Positions 1-11,049 of a stretch of 64,000 nucleotides of DNA are shown piece by piece. The notes below the pieces were generated by a model. It searched no databases. It was not told the DNA's origin and worked only from the letters and a program-made list of their open reading frames with translations. A program made the translations under genes and the position numbers. The stretch's first letter is position 1; each line of letters begins with the position of its first letter. The DNA lies in NCBI RefSeq assembly GCF_963921235.1, contig NC_086098.1, positions 154,256,001 through 154,320,000 of the forward strand, given 5' to 3'. Source of the stretch: Mobula hypostoma. Taxonomy: Eukaryota.

Positions 1-439
1 GATCCTCTTGATGCTGTTGTTGTGTGATACATTTTGTGAGTTTGACCATGGTCTTAGCAAATAGATTCTAGGAAACCTAATATCTAGCAACGGTGGTTTG
101 CTATTGCCTTCCATTGGGCGAACTAAAGAAATCACCATTTCTCTTCCCAAATCTTCACCTGCCTGTACTATAGCCATTGACATTTGAGGTCCTAGCTCAT
201 CAGCCTTCTCTGTCATAAGTTTAGTTACTGAACCTGCCGGATCTGCTGTTGTCCTTCGCTCGTATCCTGAACAGGAACCCTTGCAGGTGCTACTGTTCCG
301 GGTCAGAGTGGCCCTGGGAGCAATGAATGACTAAGGGGTAACTCCACTTTCCCCAAAGCTCTGAAAGTCCCCAATCAGAGCCTCATCACCGGTTGTAGTT
401 TAGAGTCATACCCAGGACAAACTATATAGCTGCAACATT

Positions 440-720
440 ACCTCTCAGCTCTTAAACTCATCCCATGATTGATGAAGACCTTCTTAACCACAGAGTCAAC
501 CTGTGTAGCAGCTTTGAGTGTCCTGTGGACTCAGACCCCAAGATCCCTCTGATCCTCCTCACTGCCAAGAGACTTGCTATATTCTGCTATCATATTTGAC
601 CTACCAAAACGAACCACCTCACACTTATCTGGATTGAACTCCATCTGCCACTTCTCAGCCCAGTTTTGTATCCTATCAATGTCCTGCTGTAACCTCTGAC
701 AGCCGTCCACAGCCTTCTGG
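440..720 (-). mobile_element. CR1 LINE RT fragment
   Basis: GCQRLQQDIDRIQNWAEKWQMEFNPDKCEV, near-identical to the CR1 at 29380-29560. Confidence 0.85.
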
Positions 721-769
721 TCGAAAGAGAGTAGAGGTGTACTGGACAGGTGACTGACCATTCAGTGGG

Positions 770-2950
770 TGAGCAATTAGGGAACAGCGACCACAGCTCC
801 TTAACTTTCAGCGTAGCTTTAGGTAAGCATAGTCCTTGTGTGAGAACTTCAAATTAGAGTCAGGCAAATTATGAGGGAATTAGGCAGAATTAAGAAGAAT
901 TAATTTGGAACATCTTTTCTCTTACAAGTCCACATCAGACATATAGAGGGTTTTTAGGAGTACTGGAAAGGTATGTTCCTGTTAGAAGGAAGGATGGGGA
1001 TGGAAAGATAAGAGAACTTGGATGTCCAGAGGGTGATGAATTTAGTCAAGAATAAGACAGAAAAGTATGTAAAACTTCAGAAGTTAGGATCAAACAAAGC
1101 AAATGAGGAGTATAAAGAAGCCAGAAAAGGACTAAAGAAGCGAATAAGAAAAGCCAGGAGGGGCCATGCAAACTCCTTGTCAAGTAGGATTAAGATGAAT
1201 CCTAAGTCATTCTATACATATACCAAGAGCAAGATGATAACTGGAGAGAGGGTGGGATCACTCAAGGATAAAGGGGGGAACATTTGCATGGATGTGGAGA
1301 ATATGAGTGAGGTACCAAATGAGTACTTTGCTATAGTGTTTACCAAGGAAAAGGATATGGAGGACCAAGAGACCAGTGCTGAGTATATGAATATTTAGAG
1401 ATGAAGGAGGAGGAGGAGTTGACTACCTAATGTGTATTAAGCTGGATAAGTCTCCAGGCCCTGATGGGATTTACCCCAGCTTATTAAAGAAGGCAAGAGA
1501 CAGGACTGCTGATCCCTTGACTTGTATCGTCATGTCCTCTTTAGCCACAGGCATGGTCCTGGAGGACTGGTGAGAGGCCAATATTGCACCTCCATTTAAG
1601 AAGGGAATAAAGGAAAATCCTGGGACCTATAGACCGGTGAATCTCATGTCATTTATAGGGAAATTGTTGGAGAAAATTCTTAGGCGTAGAATATATGAGT
1701 ATTTGGAAACCTATGGCCTAATTAGGGAGAGCTAGCATGGCTTTGTTTCGGGTAGGTCGTGTCTTATGAACATAATTGAGTATTCTGACAAGGTGCTGAG
1801 ACAGATTGATGAGAGTAGAGCAGTGGTTGTTGTTTACGCTGATGTTAGCAAGGCTTTTAACAAAGTCCTTCATGGAAAGCTAATCTAGAAGGTTAGGATG
1901 CATGGGGTCTGCAGCAAATTGGCTGCTTGGTTTCTGAACTGTCTGGCACATAGATGACAACAAGTAGTGGTTAAAGCGACTTATTCTAGCTGGAGGTCTG
2001 TAATTAGTAGTGTTCTGTAGAGATCTATGCTGGGCTCTCTGCTGTTTGTATTGTATATAAGTGACCTGAATGAAAATGTAGATGGGTGGCTTACTAAGTT
2101 TGTGGATGATATCAAGATTGGTGGAGTTGTCAATAGTGCAGAAGACTGACAAAGAATACAGTGTGATAGATCATTTGCATATTTGTGCAGAGAAATTCAA
2201 GATAGAGTTTAACCTAGATGAATGTGAGGTGTTATATATTGGTAGGGCAAATACTAAGAATCAGTACACTGTTAAGGGCAAAATCTTTAATAGTGTTGCT
2301 AAGCAGAGGACTCGTGGGATCCAAGTTCATTGCTCCTTGAAAGTGGCTACAAGGTGGTTAAGAAGGTTTATGGAATGCTTGCTTTTATTAGTCAAGGCAC
2401 TGAGTTCAAATGTCAAGAGGTTACGTTGCAGCTTTCTACAACCCTGGTTTTGCCACGTCTGGAGTACTGCATTCAGTTCTGGTTCGTTCCACTATAGGAA
2501 GGATGTTGAGGCTTTGGAGAGGGTGCAGAAGAGGTTTACCAGGATGCTGCCTGGTTTAGAGGACATGTGCTATCATGAGAAGCTGGATAAACTTGGGTTG
2601 TTTTCTCTGGAGTAGCAGAGGCTGAGGGGAGATCTGATATTGGTTTATATGATTATGAGAGACATAGATAGAGTAGACAGGCAGTATCTGTTTCCCAGGG
2701 ATGAAATGTCTAATACTAGAGGGGGTAGGTTCAAGGCGATGTGAGGGGTAAGTCTCAAAGTGATGGACGCCTGGAATGCGCGGTCTGAAATGGTGGGAGA
2801 GGCAAATACATTAGAGGCTTTTAAGAGACCTTTGGATAGACACATGGATGTGAGGAAGATGGAGGAATATGAACATTGTGTTGGTAGGAGGCATTAGGGT
2901 ATGGGGGTTTTGATTTATTTTTTAGCTGGTTCGGCACAACATAGTGAGCT
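770..2950 (+). mobile_element. Decayed CR1 LINE (ORF2 3' part)
   Basis: Fragmentary ORFs INPKSFY, FNLDECEVL, YRKDVEALERVQKRFTRMLPGL, with many stops and frameshifts. Confidence 0.88.
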
Positions 2951-3246
2951 AAAAGGTCCATCTTCTATGTTTATGTCTTTCATTGTCCAGCCTGTCCTTT
3001 CCTTCTCTCAGTTCTATACACTGGCCATCACTATCTAAGTCTTTACACTCAAAATTTTCAGCATCTGTAGGATCTCTTGTGTTTAAGATGAAATAGACAT
3101 TTACCACCATCATAGGATCATGAGACCATCAGATAAGATTTTGTAACAGAGTTAGGCCATTTGGCCCATAGTCTGCTTTGTCATTCAATCATGGTTGATT
3201 TTTCACAACCCTTGTCTCCTGTCTTCTCCCTGAATCCCTTAACCCC

Positions 3247-4090
3247 TGTGACGAGAATACACATAAAATTAAGATGTTTGCTGGCCTGGGCTAGCATCAG
3301 TGACATCAGCAGTTGGTCTGCCACCTGCCCTCAGGGGAAGGAGAGATAAGGAACAATGGAGCAGCGTCTGGAGATGTGTAATGAAGGGACGTGGGAGAGA
3401 GAGAGCTGTCTGGAGCGGCTCCCCCTTTGAACCCTGAACTGTTTGAAGTGATGGACAGGCGATACCCCAGCAGGGGGATAAAAAGGGACAGGTTCGCTAA
3501 GACAGACACACATGCCACCCGAGGTAACGAGACCCTGGAACCGGTGCGCCTCTCACGAGTGGGTGAGAAGTACCAGACAACGACCAGGGTGGAAAGGTAC
3601 GATCAGCAGGAACACGGTGTGTGTCCGCCCTTGCCTGGGTGCCGGGTTCACTGCAGAGGATCGACCGCATCTGGAGGAGGGGTCACAGTCGGTGACCTCA
3701 GGTGACATCACCAAGGACCCGCCCAAAAATCGCCGGTCTGTGAGTGAAGTCGTGCTGAATGATCAGTTGTTCCTGTTATATCTCTCTCTTCCCTCCACGT
3801 TGTCCATCGCCATGGCAACGATTACTGAACTGAGCTACTAACTGGACTGAACTTTGAGTCATTTTGAAATTTGGTCATTTACCCCTAGACAACGATAGAG
3901 CTTGATTGATGCTGTTATCTTAATTCTGTGCACATGTGTGGTTATCATTGTTGAACTGTTGCATTTATTAACCTTTCGATTACTGTTTTGCTTGTTTCTT
4001 TAATAAAACTTTCTTAGTTCTAGTACTCCAGACTCCAACTGAGTGATCCATTTCTGCTGGTTTGGCAACCCAGTTACGGGGTACGTAACA
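3247..4090 (+). repeat. 5' LTR
   Basis: tgtgacgaga...ggggtacgtaaca; about 10 substitutions versus 7324-8167 by manual comparison. Confidence 0.97.
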
Positions 4091-4094
4091 TAAG

Positions 4095-4113
4095 TGGGGT
4101 TCTCGTCCGCGAT
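4095..4113 (+). promoter_or_regulatory. Primer-binding site, tRNA-Pro-like
   Basis: TGGGGGTTCTCGTCCGCGA just after the 5' LTR closely resembles the tRNA-Pro PBS TGGGGGCTCGTCCGGGAT. Confidence 0.75.
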
Positions 4114-4189
4114 TTTGAACGCTAAATTTGGGACGGAGTAAATTGATTGGGTTAAAATTCCCGAAAGAAAGAAAAGACAAACAGCAGAA

Positions 4190-5335
4190 ATGGAGGCTGA
4201 GGAATTTATAAAGGCGCCGACCTTGGAGGCATTAGAGGATGCCAGGAAATCGGAATTGATAGCTGTGGCCAAACGGTTGAATCTTGCTAAGGTGAAGTCG
4301 ACAATGAGGAGAGAGGAGATACACAGAGCTATTGTAGAGCACTATGTATCTAAAGGTGTGTTTCCCCAAGGTGAGCTGGGGGTGGTGTCTGTTGAAAAAC
4401 CTGCTGGAGACGCAGTACAGGTACAGCTTGAAAAACTGAGTCTCGAGCACGAGTTCCGGGTACGGCAGTTAGAACACGAAGAGAAGCAGTTAGAAAGGCG
4501 GGAGAGAGAGAAAGAGGTAGAAAGGCAAGAGAGAGAAAGACAGTTGGAGAGAGAAGAGAAAGAGAGGGATAGACAGTTGGAGAGAGAACAGAGAGAGAGG
4601 GACAGACAGTTGGAGAGAGAGGAGAAACAGAGGGAAAGGGAATTAGAGCTGGAGAAGTTAAAGATAAGGGCCGAGCAGGGGCTCGTGCCGAACCAAGGTG
4701 GAGGGTTCCGGGCGACCCAGGAGGTTAGGCTGGTTCCCCCATTTGACGATACCGACGTGGATCGGTACTTCCTCCACTTCGAAAAAGTGGCTATAAGTCA
4801 GGACTGGCCGAGGGATAAGTGGGTTGTTTTACTTCAGAGTGTACTGAAAGGGAAGGCCCAAGAAGCTTACTCAGCTTTGTCCGCGGAAGATGCCCAGAGG
4901 TATGAGGTGGTGAAAGAGGCCATCCTCAGGATTTATGAGTTGGTCCCGGAGGCATACCGGCAGAGGTTCCGGAATGCGAGGAAGCAGTGGGACCGCACGT
5001 ATTTGGAGTTTGCCCGTGAGATGCAGACATATTGTGAGCGTTGGTGCGCCTCGAAGGGGGTAGAGGGGGATTATGACAGACTGCTACAACTGATCCTGAT
5101 TGAGCAGTTTAAAGGTTGTGTCCCTGAGGGTATGAGACCCTACCTCGATGAGAAAGAGGCAGCCACGTTAGCCGCAACTGCTAAGTTAGCGGATGAGTAT
5201 GCGTTGACGCATAAAATGAAGTTTGCCCCGAGTAAAGGCTACCAGAAGGGTAGTCAGGACGGCGGGGAGAGTCCGCCGGAAAAGTCAGAAAGTAAGCCGG
5301 GGACTAGTGAAAAGGATAAGGTAGCAGTCTGGTAG
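4190..5335 (+). CDS. Gag with ERQLERE-type repeats and SCAN-like capsid C-terminal domain
   Basis: Open 381-aa frame; PEAYRQRFR...LILIEQF...LADEY is SCAN-like. The CCHC knuckle (CYNCGKVGHFASRC) lies just downstream in the +1 frame. Confidence 0.88.
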   Translation: MEAEEFIKAPTLEALEDARKSELIAVAKRLNLAKVKSTMRREEIHRAIVEHYVSKGVFPQGELGVVSVEKPAGDAVQVQLEKLSLEHEFRVRQLEHEEKQLERREREKEVERQERERQLEREEKERDRQLEREQRERDRQLEREEKQRERELELEKLKIRAEQGLVPNQGGGFRATQEVRLVPPFDDTDVDRYFLHFEKVAISQDWPRDKWVVLLQSVLKGKAQEAYSALSAEDAQRYEVVKEAILRIYELVPEAYRQRFRNARKQWDRTYLEFAREMQTYCERWCASKGVEGDYDRLLQLILIEQFKGCVPEGMRPYLDEKEAATLAATAKLADEYALTHKMKFAPSKGYQKGSQDGGESPPEKSESKPGTSEKDKVAVW

Positions 5336-7064
5336 GAAGTCTCCTGGGGTCGTCTGTTATAATTGTGGGAAAGTCGGACACTTTGCGTCCAGGTGCTTTG
5401 CCCCAAGGAAGGAGACGGGGAAAGGAAAAGCGGAAATTTTGAATGGCTGTATCGAGCTGTTAAGCGAACCGCTAGGGAAGGACAGGTCTGAAAAAGTCCA
5501 GGAAGGGCGCGAGAGGTTTATCTCGGCCGGACTGGTGTCAGTGAAGGAGAGGTTAAAACCAGTTCCAGTGCGGATCTGGAGAGACACGGGAGCGTGTCAG
5601 TCACTAATACTGAAGAGTGTATTAGAGTTTAGCTCAGAGACCCAGACTGGGGAGGTAGAGGTCAAAGGTGTTGGGGAAGGGACAGAGTCAGTCCCTTTGC
5701 ACCAGATACACTTACAGAGCAACCTGGTCTCTGGACTAGTCACGGTCGGGGTGAGGTCCGAATTACCGATGAAAGACGTGGAAGTCTTGCTCGGTAATGA
5801 CATCGCCGGAGGAATTGTGTTCCCAGTCGTGAGATTGACAGGTCAGCCTGCCAGCATGGAGGCCCCGCCCGTGGACTCGCAGGTTTATCCCGTTTGCGCA
5901 GTAACTCGGCGGATGGCGAGGAAAGCTGCAGAGGCCGACATGAATTTAGCTGAAACATTTTTGCCAACCTTGTATGAGACGGGGTGTAGTGAGATAAGAG
6001 GTAGTGAGGGAGCTGGGACGGACGTAGCAGTAGCCAGGAAAGAATTTGTGCAGACGCAGGAGCGAGACGAGGGGCTGATGGTTGTGGCGGAGACCGCTCT
6101 CTCTGACACAGCTTTAACAAGGGAACTAGTAGGCTACTGTGCGGATGAGGAAGTGCTAAGGAAGAAAGGGAAATCAAGTACAGTACCCGCAGATGAGGAA
6201 TGGGGGGTGGTGCAAAAGAGTTATGGGGATGAGGTTTTTAACATGGCCCACGAGGTACCCCCCAGCGGACATTTTGCGGTGCTGGAGGAAACAGTTGGTG
6301 GAATCATGAAAGAGATTTACCGGCTGCCCAGGGGGAAAAATGTTATTGATCATGACCGACGCGAACTGAGACGGTCACCGGCTTTTGATATGCTAACAAA
6401 CCTAGTCGGTGTTAGCGTGGAAATCAATGAAGCTAGGGGCCCCCTGATAAGAGGAAAAAACCATTTTGAAAAGATTAGGATGGGATCGGTCAGATGGGAG
6501 AAGGCTATTGTTTTGGCCAGGTCTACTGATAAGGTCTCTCCCTTAATCCCCGAACAAAGCGAATCTTTAGAAGGAGTAATTAAACGACTCGCACCCGTGT
6601 GTTTGATTGTCCCGAGGAAATGCAAAGAACTGGGACGTTGGGTGATTGTGGTTACAATAGGGCAGCCAAGTAAACAACACCCATATTTTTTGAGTAATTC
6701 AGTGACTAAAGGGCTGATGAACACAGAGGTGTGTATTGGCAATTTAATACGGCTGTCTGAAGCCAGTTTGATAGTGAACCTTGGAAAAAATGAATTCGGC
6801 CACACGAGGGTCACTTACCTGGGAATTGTGGTGACACAGGGGCAGCTGGCAGCGATGCAAGCTACAGTGCAGCCTATCGCTGACCTCCCAACCCCGACAG
6901 ACAAGAGGGCCCTCAGAAGGCTCTTGGAGATGGTGGGGTACTGCAGGAAGTTTTGCAATAACTCTGCGGTCAATACCCGTCCCCCTCCTACTAAGCCCTT
7001 GCGAGAGAAAATTGAGTCGGAATGGGACGACCCTTGTTATTGTGGTCCGGACCAAACCAAATGA
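5325..7064 (+). pseudogene. Deleted pol remnant: Zn knuckle, protease (RDTGA), integrase H2C2 start, RT C-terminal piece
   Basis: One open frame containing VRIWRDTGACQSLI, VVQKSYGDEVFNMAHEVPPSGHF and VTYLGIVV...PTPTDKRALRRLLEMVGYCRKF. No YxDD motif and no integrase DDE core seen. Confidence 0.8.
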
Positions 7065-7323
7065 GAGGCTACATTGGTCACAATTCATCAGTGTTTTTGG
7101 CCACTATGAAGTTTGCTGAGTTGGAGCCTGGTCTAAGGGATTATTAATAACACGTGTAAAAGGAACAGAAAATGCGATGACTGTCTGTCAAGGTGTTGAC
7201 AAGCTTCAAACTCTCTGTATTAGCCAAATAACTGATAAAGATGCATATTTGTGTGTGTATCAAATAATGTAGTCATGTTTGTAATTTTTACCTCCCGGTA
7301 AAAATCCTTTAAAGGGGGGGAAG

Positions 7324-8167
7324 TGTGACGAGAATACACATAAAATTAAGATGTTTGCTGGCCTGGGCTAGCATCAGTGGCATCAGCAGTTGGTCTGCCA
7401 CCTGCCTTCAGGGGAAGGAGAGATAAGGAACAATGGAGCAGCGTCTGAAGATGTGTAATGAAGGGACGTGGGAGAGAGAGAGCTGTCTGGAGCGGCTCCC
7501 CCTTTGAACCCTGAACTGTTTGAAGTGATGGACAGGCGATACCCCAGCAGGGGGATAAAAAGGGACAGGTTCGCTAAGACAGACACACATGCCACCCGAG
7601 GTAACGAGACCCTGGAACCGGTGCGCCTCTCACGAGTGGGTGAGAAGTATCAGACAACGACCAGGGTGGAAAGGTACGATCAGCGGGAACCCGGTGTGTG
7701 TCCGCCCTTGCCTGGGTGCCGGGTTCACTGCAGAGGATCGACCGCATCTGGAGGAGGGGTCACAGTCGGTGACCTCAGGTGACATCACCAAGGACCCGCC
7801 CAAAAATCGCCGGTCTGTGAGTGAAGTCGTGCTGAATGATCAGTTGTTCCTGTTCTATCTCTCTCTTCCCCCCACGTTGTCCATCGCCATGGCAACGATT
7901 ACTGAACTGAACTACTAACTGGACTGAACTTTGAGTCATTTTGAAATTTGGTCATTTACCGCTAGACAACGATAGAGCTTGATTGATGCTGTTATCTTAA
8001 TTCTGTGCACATGTGTGGTTATCATTGTTGAACTGTTGCATTTATTAACCTTTCGATTACTGTTTTGCTTGTTTCTTTAATAAAACTTTCTTAGTTCTAG
8101 TACTCCAGACTCCAACTGAGTGATCCATTTCTGCTGGTTTGGCAACCCAGTTACGGGGTACGTAACA
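7324..8167 (+). repeat. 3' LTR
   Basis: Direct repeat of 3247-4090, preceded by polypurine tract aaagggggggaag (7311-7323). Confidence 0.97.
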
Positions 8168-9789
8168 CCCCCTTATCAAGATCCCGAGTTTTTGCCTTAA
8201 ATACACCCAATGACTTGATTTCCACTGCCCTCTGTCTCAAGTAATTCCACAGATTCACCACCCTCTTGCTGAAGAAGCTCCTCTGCATCTCAATTTTAAA
8301 TGGAAATCCCTTTTTTTCTGAGGCTGTGCCCTCAGATACAAGATTCTCCTACTAATGGAAACATTCTCTCCACATCCAGTCTACCCAGGTCCTACAGTAT
8401 ATGCTAGGTTTCAATGAGATCTCACTGTCAGCTTTCTGAACTGCATCAAATACTGAGGCATCAAACACTCTAGATAAGTCAAGCCTTTCATTCCTGAGTT
8501 GACTCTTGTGAACCTACTCTGGGCCTTCTCCAGGGCCTGCACATCTTCACTTAAATACAGGACTCACAATATTGCTCACGACATCAAACTTCCATTATTT
8601 CCAAACTGCTCTATAACTGTAAATACTCCAAGTAACTTAAGTGTTTACTCTCAGCTGTAGTCTTGATTCCTAGAATCATCACAGGGGTGGCATAACAGAA
8701 TAACCTTATACCAACCATTGCATTACCCTGGCCTTGTCACTGATGACATGTTATATTATTCTTGTTTTTGTACAGTCTTATTTCTCTTTCTCTCTCTCTT
8801 CCATGACTTGTATAATTTATTTTCTGTGTGTTGTCTGTATCAACTGATGATGTTGCTGCAAGCAAGATTCTCAGTGTACCTTTACCTCACTGTATCTGTG
8901 CACATGACAGTAAACTCAATTTGACTTGACTTAGAAATCTATATTGTATTTTAATTTCCTCTTCAAACAAACCAAAACTTTGTCATTCATATTGAAATTT
9001 ATAGTCATCGAAAGGAACAGCATAGAAACAAGATCCTTAGCCCACTGAGCCCACACTGACCATAAACAATGTATTTTCAGTAATCCTGGTCTATTTTTCC
9101 CACATCAGCTCCTCCTCAGACTCTGCCACTCACCAATGGCCAGTTAATCCACATGAGTTCGGGATGTGGGAGGAAAACTGAAGCAGTAACAGGGTAATAG
9201 GTTGGAGTGTGTAGTTGTTCTCTTCCTTGTAATTTAACTTTCTTATGCTTGCTTTGTACTTTTTCTATAATCACTTATATATATGTAATTGTTCACAGTG
9301 TTTTGTAGAGATTCCAGTTTCCTTTGTAACTACTTACTTTCTATGGTAGGTATCATATTACTTGAATATGGACAAACTCATTGGTTAGCTATTATCTATG
9401 GAAATTCAATGGAATTGTTAATCTGGTATAAAATGACAAAACCATGTTGGATTGGTCTCTTTGTTCTTTTCCCTTCCTCTAGGGTCTCCTTTCCCTCTTT
9501 CTCTCTCTCCCTCTCACACTCATGCTTCATTGTTTTATTTCCCCTCATTTTGTTCTGGTAAGGCTTAATAAATTATTGTAAGGACAGAGATTTATGCCTC
9601 TTTCTTGACTTTCGATCCTTGGCTTGAAAACATTGGCATCCAATGAGGGAGACTGTGCAAACCTCACACAGACTCACACTGGAGGTGAAAAAGCCATAGG
9701 TCCCACACCAGCATATGCAGGAACAGTTATTGCCTGAACTGGCATGGATAACTTAATTCACCACTACACTGCACCGCTTCTATAAACTA

Positions 9790-10700
9790 CAGACAGATAG
9801 ATAGGTACTTTATTGATTTCAAAGGAAATTACAGTGTGACAGTAGCATTACAAGTGCACAGATAAAAATATTAGAAGAGAAGTAGAAGGAATAAAAAATA
9901 AGTTACTACAAGAAGTCTAACAAGAAGGAGTCATCACTTTCCCAGCTATAGGTTGACTCCTTATAGAGCCTAATAGCTGAGGGTAAGAATGACCTCATAT
10001 AGCACTCTTTAGAGCATAGCAGTTGTCTTAGTCTATTACTAAAAGTGCTTCTCTGTTCAGCCAAATTGGCATGCGGAGAGTGAGAAACATTGTCCAGAAT
10101 TGCCAGCATTTTCCATCGGGTCCTTCATTCTACCATAGCCTCTAATGTGTCCAGTTTGAGTCCTATAACAGAGCCAGCCTTTCTAATCAGTCTATTGAGC
10201 CTATTGGCATCACCTATGTTGATGACATTGTTCCAGCCCACCTCTACATAGTGAATGTACTGGTGACAACAGACTGATAGAATATGTGAAGGTGAAACCT
10301 GCATACTCCAAAGGACCTCAGCCTCCTCAGGAAGTAGAGGCAACTCTGGCCCTTCTTGTACACTGCCTCTGTGTTGGTGCTCCACTCAAGCCTGCCAGCC
10401 AGCTTCACCTCCAGATATTTGTAGATCCTCACCACATGCACGTTCTCACCATTAATGGTAACAGGGAGCAGTGCAAGTTCAGTCTTCCTAAAGTCCATCA
10501 CCATCTCCTTTGTCTCCCTGATTTTGAGCTGCAGATGGTTCAGCCTGCACCATTTGAAAAAGTTCTTCACCAGGGCCCTGTATCCATCCTCCCGTCCTCC
10601 CTTTATACACCCAACTATTGCTGAGTCATCAGAGATTTCTGCAGATGACATGACTCAGTGTTGTATCTAAAACCTGAGGTATACAGGATAAACAGTAAGG
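9790..10700 (-). mobile_element. Rex1/Babar-type LINE, 5'-truncated
   Basis: SDDSAIVGCI...TKEMVMDFRK...YKKGQSCLYFLRRLRSF, with a short tandem-repeat tail near 9790. Confidence 0.8.
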
Positions 10701-11049
10701 GAGCCAATACAGTCCCTTTTTGAAAGATGCACTTTCAAGGACTCTACAACTCATGTTCTCAGCATTATTTTTATTTGCATGACTTTATACATTGGTTTGT
10801 CAATCTTTAAGTATAGTTTTTCATCTATTCTATTGTACTGTAGTTCTTTATCTTCCTATAAATGCCTGCAAGAAAATTAATCTCAAGTTAGTAACATATG
10901 TGCTCTTTGATAATAAAATTTACATTAAACTTTCAACTTTGACAGCATTGTAAGTCAAGATCAAACCAAGGTCTTTGGTACTGAGAGGCACCATCTCCAC
11001 CAACAGCTCCACTGTGCTTCTCATGTCCTGATCTGCATCAGTGCCTTCA

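Larger units (their letters stand above)
3247..8167 (+). mobile_element. Gmr1-like Ty3/Gypsy LTR retrotransposon, internally deleted (non-autonomous)
   Basis: Two 844-bp TG...CA LTRs, 4-bp flanking CCCC, PBS, PPT, gag with SCAN-like domain, pol remnant in the order protease - integrase Zn finger - RT. Confidence 0.92.

Noticed and set aside
3391-3841. ORFs of 104-109 aa repeated at 7468-7918
   Set aside because: They lie inside the two LTRs and have no recognisable motifs; the duplication simply reflects LTR identity.
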